Positions 1 to 13,848 of a stretch of 49,431 nucleotides of DNA are shown in pieces. Position numbers and translations under genes: made by a program. The DNA is from Chromera velia (taxonomy: Eukaryota): contig JAHBMJ010000363.1 in the NCBI GenBank assembly GCA_018398765.1, positions 1-49,431 on the forward strand, written 5' to 3'. Every line of letters starts with the position of its first letter. The stretch's first letter is position 1. The notes under the pieces are model-generated. The model did no database searches. It had not been told where the DNA came from and saw only the letters and a program-made list of their open reading frames with translations.

Positions 1-105
1 TTTTCCTGTGCTGCCTTCTCTTTCTTTGCTATGTCGGAAGGCGCATTCAATTCATCCAACTCCTGTCTTCCTACTGTGTGTATGTATCTGTGTGCACGCT
101 TGCAG

Positions 106-1334
106 TTCCGTTCTCAGGGCCCTAGACGAACAGTTGAGACACGTGGAGAGGGGAGACATGGACGGTCAGTGGATTGATCAGCATTTTCTTTTTTCCCGCG
201 ACTCTAGGCGCTTTTGTTTTCTGCCTCTTTCGATTTTGTGTTTTTCGTTCGTTTCGTGAGCCGTACATAAAGGAAGCAACATCTCTATCCTGTCCTCCAT
301 CTTGAATGACCCCCAAAGAATCCCTGGGTAAATTAATTGTCTTATGAGGCTCTCTTAAGCTTAGTGAAAAAAAGGTCGACCGTTGAAGTCTCACACCGGC
401 TCCTCGAACCCTCTGGAATCGGCACTACAGTCCTCCTTTAGAACACTGTCTCCCTCCGTCCCTCCCAAATTTATGCTGTACGTTTGCTTGCTCGCAGAAA
501 TTGTGAGGAAGTCTGCACACCAGAGGATGCACTTCGTCATGCCCTCCCCCAAGTCCCCCACTCTGCCGCTGAAAATCACAGACGCATTGGACTTTGGTCA
601 GTCAGTCTTTTGCTTTGAATTCATGCACATACACCTCAACACGCTCTCGTACGCGCGCAGAGAGAAAGAGAGGGAGAGAGGGAGAGGGAGAGGGAGATGG
701 GGAAAGGGACAAAGAGTGACTGTGTGTGAGTGAGAACAGTGCAGTGACATCGAGAGGCCAGAGAATGCCTCCGAAAAAGCAACACAGCGAAATAGTGGAA
801 TCATTCATGCGCTTCGTCTCTTTTGGTCATCACTTCTTTCCTTTTTGTGTGCAGTCCCTCTCCCTCCGTTGTCAGAAAAACACCTGAGGGCGCTTCAGGA
901 GATTTTCCTCTTCTATTGCAGACAGCAGGTGGGCCTGCATGTCCGCGGCATGCTTAGAGATCTGTCTGATTGTCTGTTCGCTCCTTGACTTGCTTTTTCT
1001 TTTGGAGGTGTGTGAAGTTTCTCTGTGCGTGCCATCTGCGCCACTTTTTTACTCATGTTTTGCGTGAGGGAATTCACAACAAAAGCAAACCGATGCTTTC
1101 TCTTTACCAATGCCTTCTGCTTCTTGTTTTCCTGCGACAATCTCCCTTCATCCTTTCTGATCTCCAATTGTCTGAGTGAGAGCAGATTGACAAGGGACAG
1201 GTTTCGTCAAACCCCGGAGAGCTCGGAACCTTCGGACAGATTGCCAAGTCGTCAACAAGTCAGTTAGGTAGTCAGCTGAGTCAGGTTGGCAGACAGACAG
1301 ACAGAGACAGAGACAGAGAGACAGACAGACAGAC

Positions 1335-1371
<37 letters not shown>

Positions 1372-1606
1372 CGCAGGCAGGCAGGCAGGCAGACAGACAG
1401 ACAGACAGAGAGACAGACAGAGAGACAGACAGACAGACAGGCAGGCAGACAGACAGGCAGGCAGACAGACAGACAGACAGACAGACAGACAGGCAGGCAG
1501 ACAGACAGGCAGGCAGGCAGACAGACAGACAGACAGACAGGCAGGCAGACAGACAGGCAGACAGACAGACAGACAGACAGACAGGCAGGCAGGCAGACAG
1601 ACAGAC

Positions 1607-1639
<33 letters not shown>

Positions 1640-1722
1640 CGCAGGCAGGCAGACAGACAGGCAGGCAGGCAGGCAGACAGACAGACAGACAGACAGACAG
1701 ACAGGCAGGCAGACAGACAGAC

Positions 1723-1759
<37 letters not shown>

Positions 1760-3528
1760 CGCAGGCAGGCAGGCAGGCAGGCTCTGAAACGGAAAGAAAG
1801 ACAGACAGGCACGCGGGTATGTGTAGAAGAAGACTAAGGCCTTCGATGGCACCGTCAAGACTACCACTGTATACTGAGAAGAACTGGAGATACTCACTGA
1901 GATTCCCGGCTTCCATTTCTTCCCATCTCCTTTTCTCTCCTCTTCTCCGACTCCTTTCCTCCTTTTTCCGATTTGTTCCCTCCCTTGTCAATTTGCTTTT
2001 TTGCCGACTCCCTTGTCAATTTACTTTTTGCAAAATCAACTTGACTGTAATGAACGAATAGCGAGTCTCACTATCCCTCCCTCACCTCTGCAATGGCCCT
2101 GCAGCCATGTCACTCCCAGAATACCAAAAATTCTGCAAGGTCTGTCAGCCTGTCCGAAGGCTTCCAAGGAAATTCGATTGTTGGCTTCAATGAAGAAAGA
2201 GGGTCTGGGGGGGGGGGNGGGGGGGGGGGGGTGGCGAAAGAAGAGAAGAATATAAGACGAGAAGCACGATGATAGAAAGAAAAAACCGTAGGCGGAAAAG
2301 CCCTTTTCGTTTCCGCCTTCAAATCGGGACGCTAAGGCAACTCAGAAAAAGACAGGAAGAGTCCCGTCCTGCAAAGTCCGTTAGCTGATGAGAAGCAAGC
2401 TCAAAATGACAAACAGAACGCTGTGGTGTCGACTGATCGAGTGGAAGAGGAGAAAAGGAACTAAAACGTTGTCTGGAAGCAAAAAAAGGGAAACGGAGAA
2501 ATAGAGAAGGAAGCACCGGGTTCAAAGCACCGGTCCATCCGTCCACTGAGGAAAGCAGCCCGATCACGTCGTTCGACTGAACCTCTTTCCAGGTTCCGTT
2601 TTTTGCTCGTTGTCCTCCTCTCTCTTGGTGTTCATTTTCTTTCCTCCCTCCCTCCCTCCTTTCACGTCACAGGATTTTGAGGTTGCGGGAATTCTGGTGA
2701 CAAAAAAGGAATCAGAAAAGACATTCAGGTCAGTCACTGTCTGTCTGCCTTCTCTCTCATTGACTGTGATGATCCTTTCTCTCACAAAACACTTTTCTTT
2801 GTCGTTTGTGTGTCTGGTCTTGTAGCTTTCTTTGTGCGTGGCAAAGCCAAGCATTCCTTTGGAAGCCAAGATGAAGCGCGGCGTATCCCAGTACACGCGG
2901 TTCTCGCATTGCTTCCTTCTTCTTCTCGTTCTCTCAATTCCTGCAGGCAATCGTCGGACGGACGCAGGTACCTCGACTTCCAACACTTCAAGGCCGCACT
3001 TGTCCGTCTGGCCCGCATCGGATTCTCCCGGCCTCCGCACTCTCTTGACCCCAACGGTCAGGCGGCAGAGCGTTACATGCACAAATAGAAAGAAATACCA
3101 AATGTTGTCCACAGTCAGGCGGACAGGTGCACTGGGGCAGAGGGACAGAAAGAGAGACTTGTGTCTCTCCGGAAGGGGCAGCTAATTCGTCTGAGACGCC
3201 TACTGCTCCATGCAAATTCCACACAGACTTCCACACCAGATAGACGTACAGACGGGAGTAGAGACCTTGGAGGTGGATGTATTTGTGTCGTGTAATGTTC
3301 TCTCCCTGCTGCGGTCGTGCTGCCTGCAGACGAGTCGAAGCTCCGTTTCAGAATGCTCAAGTGGATGGAGGTCGACCGTCCGGAAATTTACAGGTCTGTC
3401 GGGAGGGAGGAAGGGAGAAAGGCAGAGCCGGTGGCAGCTCTTTTTGTTGGGAAAAAAGAGACTCGGTCGAAGTTTGTACGGAAGAAGTGACAGCGGTAAA
3501 GCTTCTGCCTTTCCCGCCTTTCCGCATA

Positions 3529-3567
<39 letters not shown>

Positions 3568-5691
3568 GTGTGGACGTGTATGTGCAGACGCCGTATGCGC
3601 CCCTTCGGTGAGCCCTTCGGAGGTCCCCGTTTCGGTTACTCGAGGGAACAGCAGGAGAACGACGATAGAATCGAGGACGAGAGATTCCGATCTATTGCAA
3701 ACGCAAGCGCTGCAAGGGTCTGTCTGTCATGCGTGTATGAGGAAGGGGTTGAAGGACAAGGAGGGTTTTCTTTTGTGTTATGTTTTTCTTCTTCTTCTTC
3801 TTCTTCTTCTTCTTCTTCTTCTTCTTTTCTCCTTGTATCGCTTGTGCCCTCGCTCCTCTTATGTAGGCTTGCTGACATTTCCCTCCTTTCTTGCGGCCGT
3901 TGTGCAGCGTTCGGAGCAGAAAACGAAATGCATATGTGCATTTATGAATAAAATCCAAACTCATTTTCGTTGCAGTGTTACATCTCTAGTGTTGTTTTCT
4001 AAAGTCGCGCTGAGCCTTTTCTTGAGCACTACGACATGAAGAATCTTCTTCTAAAACACAAATGTGTGCAGCGTCTGGAGAACTCCTCGGATATGCCCTC
4101 GACAGAAATGGAACTGTACAACCCCGAAGGATCAGAATGTGCGTGCGTCAGAAACATTTGTGTCCACAACGTTCTTTGGAATTCAAGTTTGTGTGGTCCT
4201 CTTCTGAGTGTTCGCTCTTTTTCGTATCAGTTCGTGTGATAAGGTGCGCGCGCGCGTGTGTGTGCGAGAGAGCGAGAGAGAGAGAGACCGTCATTCCCGA
4301 TCGAAATCGCCCATGGCCCCTCTCTTTGTCCTGTCCGGTTTTGTGTGTATGCAGACATGTCCGGGCCTACAGGAGCACTCCCGTCCTCCCACGGCAGGCA
4401 CACAGGAGCAGGAGCCCCCGCCCCCGCACCCCTCCCCAGTACTCGCAGTCCCGTTCTCGTGCCCCTTGACAGGCCTCCGCAACAACCCTACCCCGCACCC
4501 GCATACGGATACGCCCCCCCTCCGGGCCCCGGGCCCTACCATCCCGGCCCAATGCACCCGCACCACCACAGCGGGAGCCCATCCCCCTTGAGGTCCCAAA
4601 GGAGCAAAGGGGGTCAGAGCAGTAGACAGAGAACGATCAGGGGGGCCTACCAAGGACCTCCCCATAACGCACCGGAGTGGAACTACCCCCCCCTCCACAC
4701 GAGAGACGTCTACGCACGCCCCGCGGGATTTTATCCCCACGGAGCGCCCCCGCCCACGAATGTCTCACCCAACGTTCTCAAACGTCTGCCTCCCGACACT
4801 CAAATGCAACCACCCAAGTCCGTCATGCTCTATGAATCCAAGTACTCGCGCCCCTACCCTCCTGGAGCTTCCTACCCTCGCAACTACAATTTCTCTCACG
4901 GCGGTGCCCCTGGAGGATATGCCTACGACGGTTCCCAGGGTCTGTCCCCTGCGAGTCGCCAGACCATGCGTCTCCCTCCTCTAGACCCTCACGGACATGC
5001 CCACCCGTCTCCTTATGCTCCTCAAATGGCTGCACACCCAGGTGCAGGATACACCAACACAAAGCGCGACGCCGCCACGGACCCAGACCTCCACCCAGAC
5101 TTCCAGCCCCTCCCCCAACCCCTCCACGCCCCCCCTCCCCAGGCCCCCACCCCACGACCTCAGGCCTCATTGCACCAGGGGGGGTATACTGACAGACACC
5201 ACCCGGAACAACACTACCCATACCAATACGGAGGCCAACGCCAGCCCTACTCAGGCCACCCGCGTGCCCATGCCCCCCAGCCCGACTACGTCAACTACGG
5301 GGCCGAGCCGACAGACCCCTTCGCGTACCCTCCCCTCAGACAAGAGGCAAAGAGTGGAGCTTACGGAGGACTCGCTTACTCGGTACGTCACTCTGTGTGC
5401 ATGCATATTTGTGTCCAGCCTTGCCTGTCTTGAGACCCTTGAGTGAGTGTCATTCCTGCGTGTCTCCCCCCCTCCTCGCAGGGATACCATTCTGAAGCCG
5501 TGGCACCCCGTCAACCTCCCGCAGGTGGGTGAGACGAAAGAGAGGAATAGCTTTTGTCGTCTGTTGCGGAAAGTGTTTTCGTGTCGGGACAGGTGTTGAG
5601 TGAAGCTCGCTGTATTTCTATCTTTGTGTACGTGCTGAGCCACACGTCTATATGTCTATCTATCTCTCTCTCCGCGCGTCTATCTGCTTGA

Positions 5692-5727
<36 letters not shown>

Positions 5728-5787
5728 GTGCTTCTGTGTACTGCAGGATATCCCCAATACATTCCTCCTCCTGTGCATTACGCGTAA
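106..5787 (+). CDS. 3' portion of a multi-exon uncharacterised protein (helical, possibly EF-hand-like region followed by a long Pro/Tyr/Gly-rich tail); 5' end lies upstream of the window
   Basis: GT-AG exons joined with consistent phases: 106-164, 498-596, 855-928, 1201-1258, 2105-2139, 2673-2728, 2947-3056, 3330-3393, 3588-3717, 4072-4138, 4355-5382, 5482-5524, 5747-5787 (TAA). Reads ...KHLRALQEIFLFYCRQQ...MSLPEYQKFCKDFEV...YLDFQHFKAALVRLARIGF..., then the Pro-rich exon (ORF 4258-5433), ending ...GYPQYIPPPVHYA*. Confidence 0.75.
1288..1781. repeat. (GACA/GGCA)n compound tetranucleotide microsatellite in an intron
   Basis: About 490 bp of GACA units interspersed with GGCA/GAGA, directly visible. 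Confidence 0.95.
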
Positions 5788-7686
5788 TGAGAAGAAGAGA
5801 GATTGGGTCGGTCCTCGTACTCTTCCTTTTGTGCTCGCCCGCCTGCCTGCGTGCTTTTTTTTCTCTTTGTTGCGGCGGCACTTTTATGGAATCTCGACGC
5901 GCACCTCCCTCGTGTGAATTTCGTCCTTCACACCGTCCTCTCTGCCTTTTCCTCTCTCTCTCTCTCTCTCTCTCTCCCTTTCTTTCTTTGGCTGTTTCTT
6001 TCTTTGTTTTTTCCGGCATACATTGCCTGACGACGTTGCAGTTCTTTGCTTTCTCCGCTCACGTGCACTTCTTTCTGTCTCTCTGTGTGTCTGGCGGATT
6101 GTCTCCATTTGTGCAGAAGATTCTCTGGAGGGAGAGTGAGGGAGAAGCACGGGGGTGTTGAACGGTGGCACGGGGGGTAGGGAGACAGGGGACACGTATC
6201 GTTACGTGTCTCTCTCTGTTTCCCTTTCTCTTCATGCACTGAACTGAAACTTTAAGCAGATGCCAAGGGCGGGTGGGGGGGACAGGGAATCGTCTTGCTT
6301 GACTTACAAAGTATTGAGTGCAGCAAAGGGCGGCACAGACAGGCGGGAAATTGGTGGTAGAGAAGGTGAGGGAAAGGTATTTAATCATACAGAAACAACC
6401 ACAAATGCGTAGACTGGGGAGAAAGCATTCTTCTTTCTTGCCTCCTTCACATCTGACACTTCTACTCTCCTCTTCTCTCTTTTCAAGGGTGCGCAAGAAA
6501 AGAAAGTGCCGAAACAGCTGAGCGGATTCATAGAGGGCATAGGAAGAAAAGGGGTAGCACCGCATGGAGAGCTTTCAGTGAATTCGGGAGTCTCAGACCT
6601 TGTCTGAAAGCTCAAAGTGGCTGCGAGGGGAAGGGAAAAGAAGAGGGCATAGATCAGCATCAAAATGAAGGCAAAGTCCATTTCCTCCTAACCTCTGGCG
6701 GAAAAGAAGACAAGGGAATGGTGCTTTCTGGCAGAGAAAAAGAAGGAATAAAAGGGAGGCCATGTACAGAGAAAGGAGGGAGGGAGACAGAAGGCGACCA
6801 CCCAGGGAAAATATTTAATGGCCGACTGGGATGGACTGGGGGGGTTCGTGCAACCCTGAGAACATGCAACCGCCTCTTTGTTTTCCTGATGGTCGAAGAT
6901 CAAATTAGAATATCAAGAAGAAGAAGAAGAAGAAGAAGATGCGGTGAAGTGTGGGCCCCCAGGGAGAGAGGAGGTAAGGAGAAGAGAGGACATCCATCGC
7001 ATGTGCTGCCTCAATGACTCACTTTTGTTTTCAAGCATGTACGTGGTAAGCGAAAAAGTGAAATACTCGACTGGTGCGTCTTTGTCTGTGTTTCTCTCTC
7101 TCTTTTTCTACAAAGTCGTGCGCGCTCCCTCACCTCCTTGACGAACGGACTTTTGTTTTGTGCCCTCCTAAAGAGCTGCTTTGGCATGCTCTTCAAGCCA
7201 AACAGGCAGAAGAAAGGCACAGACAGAAAGAAGGCAAGGAAGAAAGCATCTGAGTGGATGTTTAGGAGGAAAGGAAGCGAAGAAGAGGGGGGAGAGGGGG
7301 GTTCACTCAGCAGAGATTAAGTGGTACCCGTTTCATTTCAAGAGCTCGCAAAAAATGCAGACCGATTGCGCTAAATTAAAATGTTTGCATTGAGCTCATG
7401 TGAGACAGAGAGAAATGAAGAGAGCGATTGAGCGAGAAGGCTGTCGGTCTTACTGCTCTTCCTGTGTTACAAAATCCCTCTCAGGTAGTCTCTCGCTCAC
7501 TCACTAATCGACAAATAGATTTGCGCATTCTCTTTGCTTTTGGTTCAACCCTCTCTCTTAGCTTCTTCCGGTCTTGTCTCTTTAAAAACACGAGAGAAGA
7601 ATATATAGGCCATTATGTGGCCATCTCCGCCTCTTATTACAACCATGGTAAATACTTCATCATCATGATTAACGTTTATTATATTG

Positions 7687-7725
<39 letters not shown>

Positions 7726-7837
7726 GATCGGTCGTTGGTCTATAAGCATCATCATCCCCAAATCATCATTATCGTCATCATGAGACATGATTATCATCAT
7801 TGTTATTATTCTTGGTTGGTCTGTAGGCCACTAGGTA

Positions 7838-8606
7838 CCCTGTAGGTAGCCAGGATTTTGCGGGATTTTAGCCCAGGATTTTAGCGGATTTTACGGGATT
7901 TTGGCCAGGATTTTAGCGGATTTTGGCGGATTTTGCCCAGGATTCTGCCGGACTCTTAACGTTAAAAATATAATCCCTATACCTAGGATTTTATAATCTA
8001 AAATCCTGGAAAAAAGCTAAAATCCTAGCCTCTTCCTAGGATTTTATGGGATTTTACGGGATTATACGGGATTTTACGCCGCCTAGTCTTACACGCCTTC
8101 AAATGCCCCATGGAACCTAGGTTGAGTGAGCGTTTCGCATGACATGGGGTTGTCCTCAAAGCCTTGTTAGTGGCTTGGGGTCTGGCATCGCCGGATCTAG
8201 GATTTAACCTTCAATCATTATACGGGATTTTACGGGATTTTAAAGAAATGAATAAAATTAAATTCAAAGATGAATGACACACTTCCAGTTTGACCTGAAA
8301 GGATAACCGGCATCGATTGTGATCGACTTTTATTTCATTATTTTTATTTATGTTAAAATCCCGTAAAATCCCGTATAATCCCGTAAAATCCTGGCATTCA
8401 TTTCTAAATTTCTAAAATCCTAGGATAGAGGATTTTAGTCTTTATAATCCCTAGAGCCAGGATTTTAGATTCTAAAATCCTCGAGAAATAGTCCGGCAGA
8501 ATCCTGGGCAAAATCCGCCTAAATCCGCTAAAATCCTGGCCAAAATCCCGTAAAATCCGCTAAAATCCTGGGCTAAAATCCCGTAAAATCCTACTTACCT
8601 GCAGGG
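7838..8606. mobile_element. Non-autonomous foldback/MITE-like DNA transposon with CCC...GGG termini and TA flanks
   Basis: Left TA|CCCTGTAGGTA...CCCAGGATTCTGCCGGACT mirrors right AGTCCGGCAGAATCCTGGG...TACCTGCAGGG|TA. The imperfect TIR is >110 bp and built from GGATTTT subrepeats (AAAATCC on the right arm). No ORF. Confidence 0.85.
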
Positions 8607-9767
8607 TAGGCGATCATGCAATACATTAGTTTAAGTTGTTTAAGGCAATGCTTTATCACCGAGTTTTTTTCCCTATTGCTAGAGCGGTATTCAACACAAC
8701 AGGGGAGAGGACATCCGCCATCATTATTACTATGATCATTCTTGATTGGTCTGTATTCTAGTCTGTACATATCTGTACTAGGATATGTACTAGGCTATAA
8801 TGTAATGCATAAGTTTAGAGGAATTATACCATTGATGTAAGCCCATATCTGGCTCTAGATCTGGCTATGAATCGCGGGGGTTCCTGGAATTTAAATAAAA
8901 TCCTATCCTATATATCTACTGCATGACATATACTTCTGTATGTGTCGTGATGGGATGTGTGTTGTTGCATGTATGTGTGCATGATGTGGAGTAATGTGCA
9001 TCAATATATGGTGTAAGGCGGACATCAGATAACTGACACGCAGGTCTAGGGCTCCGGCCCCAAACACGAAGGAAGGTCTGACGCGTGTATGCGCTTTTTC
9101 TGGACGCCGCACGTCGAGCGCTCGGCATTGGGGTAGGAGGCCAATCCTCCAGACATTAATCCTAGCATTAATCCTATCCTATCCTATCCTATGTAATCCT
9201 GTAATCCTTAATACCACATCATTGATAATACCCAATATCAATTTTATATCGAATTATAGTTCTCAAATTCAAGTTTAATCAAACTAGTTTAAGATCTATA
9301 AAATTCAACTAATAAATTTGAAACCAGATTAAAAATTTAGAGTTCTAATTTAGATCGAATCCAACTTTTCTAGCAATTTCCCAATTGGTTAAATTGGATT
9401 CCAATACTATACATGATGTGATGCTAGATAGTATGACGCAGTAGAGAAGCCTAAATGCTTTGATGAGGTCTTTGTTCGTTTTCAGTGGCACGTAATTTCA
9501 CTCTGCTTTTTCGACCCTGCAGGCCTCCCTCCAAGGAAGACAAGAACGCCAGCCCGAGGAGAAGAACCTACCAGGAAGACCCAGACCCGAACAAACGCTC
9601 AGCCGTCCCCAGCGTCGCCCGCAAGTGCAGCAAGAAAGCAACCGGAAAGAAGGTAGTGATTCAAGAGATCACTCTTCCAGCCTGTTACACGACCTTCAAA
9701 AGCCCCTCTCATCCTCCCCGCTCTCCTTCTTGCTCTCTCCCATGCTTGCTGCCCTGACAGTCTCCGT

Positions 9768-12700
9768 TTAAGAGGAGTTCTTCTGAAGGCGGGCGGTTCT
9801 GTCCTCAACGACGCTGCAGAAACACAAGCACAACAAACGACAACGGTATGGAAAACAGCAGATAGGGAAAGCGAAAGGAGAGAAAGAGAGCTCCAGCAAA
9901 AGAAAAAACATCAGGGACCCTTCCCCCTGCATCCCAAAAGAGCCGCGGCAAAAGACGAACAACAGAACCATCCTGAGCGAAGACATCAATCAAAAAGGGA
10001 GGCAAAAAAAAGAACAAAATGACGACTGACTTGAGCTTGATGCCGTTGCCCTTGGGGATAGAGATCCAGGCCTTCTCTCCCTCACCGATGACCATGACGT
10101 TCGTCAGACGGGTGGCGAACTTGTTGCCACGGGCATCCTGTACATTCATCGAACACACGTGGGGTTTTTCAGGAAAGGGGGACAACAACCGCCAGCAAGG
10201 ATGCAAAGGAAAAAGAAACAGAACAGCTGTTCGGAAACACCAGGAAAGATGTGGAGTTAATAGTTCATCTCGAAGTTTTGCGTCATCAGTTCAGCGGAGA
10301 AAGTATTAAACTCAATGAGACGACAAGAGTCTGTCTCTCGGTGTCTAACATGTGCTTTCAATCATCCTCGACGCACCCAAGGAAGAAACATCAAAAGTTT
10401 CCCCCGATTCACACATACAGAGAGAGATTCACACACTCCACGAGAGTCACAGAGAAAGCCACGCAGCCCGAGAGGTTCGAATCAATGGATGGATGGATGA
10501 GTCGTGGGGAATTAAGGGTACAAAAGGAATTGAGGCCATCCCTCCCCCTCCTGATTGAGTCTCATCGATCGATTGAGAATTGTGACCTATCCCCAACGCT
10601 CGGCTCATTGGCAAACCCTTGCCCGCCCTCCCGGATAGAAAAAGAAGAGAAGAGGCGAAAACTTCAGGTATTCCTCAGGGACAACCTCGGAATTTCCCGA
10701 GCAGCCAAGAAGTCAAAGAAAGAGTAACAAGCTCACCGACCTACCCCTAGAGAGAGAGAACGGACTCGAAGGCAGAGAGAGAAAGAAACTGATATATCGA
10801 CTGACCTGGATGTGGATGATCTCGTGGGAGCCGGGGTGGGGTTCTCTGTGGATGATCGTGCCGACTCTGCCAACGTTATTTCCTCCGGTGATCATGGCCT
10901 TGTTGCCAACGGAGAACTTCACGAAGTCGATTACCTGTTTGAATGAAGGAGGTCGCATGCAGACAGACAGAATGAACATCAATTGATTCATTCTGCACGT
11001 CATGAAAGTACGCTCTAATCCATTTCGACATGCAGCAACATAGTTCAGCCCATTCTAATGCATTGCGAAGGTGGGAGGGAATATCATGGCAGGAAGTGGA
11101 AGAACACGGGGGGGAGGGAAAGACTTCCTTTTCTCTCCTCCTTTCCACCCTCAGCTCCATCCATGCTCCCTCCAGTCCTTTGCACTCCTGTCGAATCTCC
11201 CCCCCCTTCTTTTGGTCCTGTTTCAACTCTCTTCACTACTTCAGGGTCCCTTCATCGATTTCCTTACCATTACACACCCCGAGAACCAGTGCATGGCTGT
11301 CTCCTTCCTTCCATACAGGTCTCCCTCTTCCTTCTCTCTCTTCCTGCCGCCCCCGGTCTCCCCTCTCATTGATGATCGATCAAATCTAAAAGTCCTGCTT
11401 CTTGTCACCCTGTTCTTTTCCTCTCCTGCTTTCTTTGACCCCTCCTACGCTAAAAGAAAACCAAAACCTCTTCAGGCCTTCCCTCCCCTCCGTCCTCTGT
11501 TCGTCCTTCTCCTTCCTTCCCCCCGCTGATGCCTTCCTTCTTGCTCTCTCCTCCGCCACTTCTGCTTCGACTCATCTCTCAAGTGAGGCACCCTACGTCT
11601 CTCTCCTCTCCGCTTCTCTTCCTTTTTTCATCAGAAGTCCCTAGTCTAGAACAGAATTCAATCGAACAGGGGCTTTCCTGCGTCTTTGTTGCCACGAAAC
11701 AGGAGCCTTCACTCCATCCCGATCCCCTCCCTCATCTAATCTCTTATCTGCACGTTCTCCTGTGTCTCTCTTCGCGTGCTTCTAAGAAATTTGTCGGCCG
11801 TATTCCTCTCATCATTCTTCAGATCCTCCCTCAAGACAGAAGCAAGCAATTCAACAAACTTCATCGCATCCTCACGGAATGGCCCCCAGTGTGCAATGAT
11901 GATACAGACAGACATCAATCACGAGTAAATTCCTTACGCATCCCATTGCCAAAAGTGACCAACGGTTAACAAGGACACACGACCGAAAAGGAAGAAAATA
12001 CAAATCGCACAGGCCTTTCTGAGTAAATCCACAGAAGGTCCCTGCAACAAGTACCAGACAGAAGACCAACACAGCCCCTGCAGCCGGACAAACAGAGAAA
12101 AAGGCCCGTCACACCAACCTTTCCGGTGCTGATGTCCACTCTGAGGGTGTCGTTGGCCTTGACCTCGGGGTGCACGAAGCGGATCGTGCGTGCGTCGTGG
12201 GTGGTAGCGAAGGGAATTCCCTTGGGCCCGAGGGCCACGCGCTTCACACGGCAGAGCTTGTACTGCAACAAAAGAAGTTAGTTCGTTCATTTATTGACTC
12301 ATTTCTTCTCTCACCCACTCAATCCTCATCCATCCGTCCATCTATCTTGGGAAAAGCGAAAGATCGAAAAAGTTGAACGAACTACAGTCGTACACACACT
12401 CGCAGGCTTCACCTGGCACGGCTTTCTCTGCACTCAAATCTCAAGGAAGCAGAGCGGACTAGAAAGCCAAGCCCACATAGACTGCAAGGGAGGGAAGCTT
12501 CTCAGTAAGGATTTCATCTAGCTCACTTCAAAGCTCGGAAAGGAACTCACAGAGGCCTCCTCAGCAGAGATCTTGTGGGGGACATATCTTCCCTTGGTGT
12601 CGTAGAGCATTCTGAAGTGCTCTCCGGTCTTGTCGAGGGTCACCACATCTGCAGCACATTAACCAAAGACTCTCGAGTTCACATCCACTTTGCCTAAATG

Positions 12701-13383
12701 CAGGGTCTGTAGCAAGTGAGAATTGAGAGACAGAGCAGACCACATTGAGACCGCTGCCTTCACGCCAATCCATCCCATCAGCCTTCCCCCGCAAATCCCA
12801 TAAGTCCATCAGAACAGATGCAAACACAGTACACTGTGCGTTAGAACCGCTTTTAAGAAAACACGCAAGACATCCTGATACAGACACCCCCTTCTCACCT
12901 TCCCGACTCTGTGCTCTCGTGACACTCAGAAGAGAAGGAACCACTCTGCCCCCCCTCCTTGTTTCATATATTTTGGCGAGAACTGGGTCAGAAAAGGAGG
13001 GGAAAAGTCAGGAGAGGTAAGGACTGACCGGAGAACCCAAGAGGGAAGCAGTGGTCGGTGCGCACCTTGCCGTCCACCTTCACGAGTCTCTGCATGACGA
13101 TGTACTTGACCTCCTGGTAGGTCAGAGCGTACTTGAGACGGTTGCGAAGGAGCAGGCAGAGTGGCAGACACTCGCGCAGCTTGTGGGGACCCTGGGAAGG
13201 TCTGGGGGCCTGCAGAGAGGGAATGGGGAAACAGTCAAGAGGGGGTTTTGGAAGAAGTGTGTCAAAACGTCAATAAAGAGAGAAGAGAAGAGCAAGACTT
13301 ACGTAAAGCCCGGTAAGCTTGTCAAGCATCCACGCGCGAGGCGCGGCAACGCGCTTAAGGTGCTTCCTGGGACCACGTGCCAT
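9768..13383 (-). CDS. RPS4: 40S ribosomal protein S4 (eS4), 261 aa, 7 exons
   Basis: Exons 13383-13303, 13209-13029, 12648-12551, 12262-12119, 10934-10806, 10137-10031, 9813-9768 (786 nt, GT-AG, phases consistent). Reads [25 protein letters not shown]...[11 protein letters not shown]...[11 protein letters not shown]...[12 protein letters not shown], all classic eS4 motifs. Confidence 0.98.
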
Positions 13384-13848
13384 CTTTTTACTCTCACAGA
13401 ACAGGGCAGAGCAGTGAGAAGGGAAGTCGAAGTGGACCGAGCGGTTTTCGTTACAATTTTCGTGCCTCGAAGGCTATTGGCCCCGGAAAGGTTCACTGAG
13501 AAGCTATATATGCATGCGTGGTTCTCTGGTCCCGGAAAGCGACGTGGGCTTCCGCAGACCGCGGCAGACGGGCAGGGCCGCGTGACGCGTGGGCCCGACC
13601 AACCCGGCCCTGCGGTGTTGTCTCAAAACTCCGAATCAGAAATTAGTCTCCGATACAACAGCAGAGTCGTGTTGCTACATATATAGCTGTCCATGACATT
13701 GCGATCTGGTGAAGGGATTCAACCAACTTTGGGGTGCAGCCTTATGCGTAAGGGCAAAGACTCATTTCGACACTTCCCGCTGTATCCTGAAGCCGGAGGT
13801 CGTTTGTTCGTGTGTTGTTGCAAAAAGGAAGTGTAGCTTTTCAGCAAC
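13384..13848. promoter_or_regulatory. Probable bidirectional promoter between RPS4 and the B-box gene
   Basis: The two start codons are divergent and 465 bp apart, with a GC-rich core at about 13525-13615. Confidence 0.55.

Noticed and set aside
1810..1870. Possible exon KKTKAFDGTVKTTT in gene 1
   Set aside because: Exon 1201-1258 already joins the flanking exons in the correct phase; this segment does not fit.
1148..1991. Long ORFs of VCLS/QTDR repeats (also CV/HT-repeat ORFs at 25557-26793, 41500-42170 and 47838-49279)
   Set aside because: These are translations of stop-free microsatellites, with no coding evidence.
7850..8592. GGGATTTTA repeats resembling telomeric GGGTTTA
   Set aside because: The units are degenerate ~10-mers arranged as inverted arms within TIRs, which is better explained as transposon subrepeats.
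9485..9757. Exon-like ORF convergent on the RPS4 3' end
   Set aside because: No recognisable domain or linked exons; probably the RPS4 3' UTR.
10138..12118. C/D-box snoRNAs in RPS4 introns
   Set aside because: No convincing sense-strand RTGATGA...CTGA pair with a terminal stem could be identified by eye.
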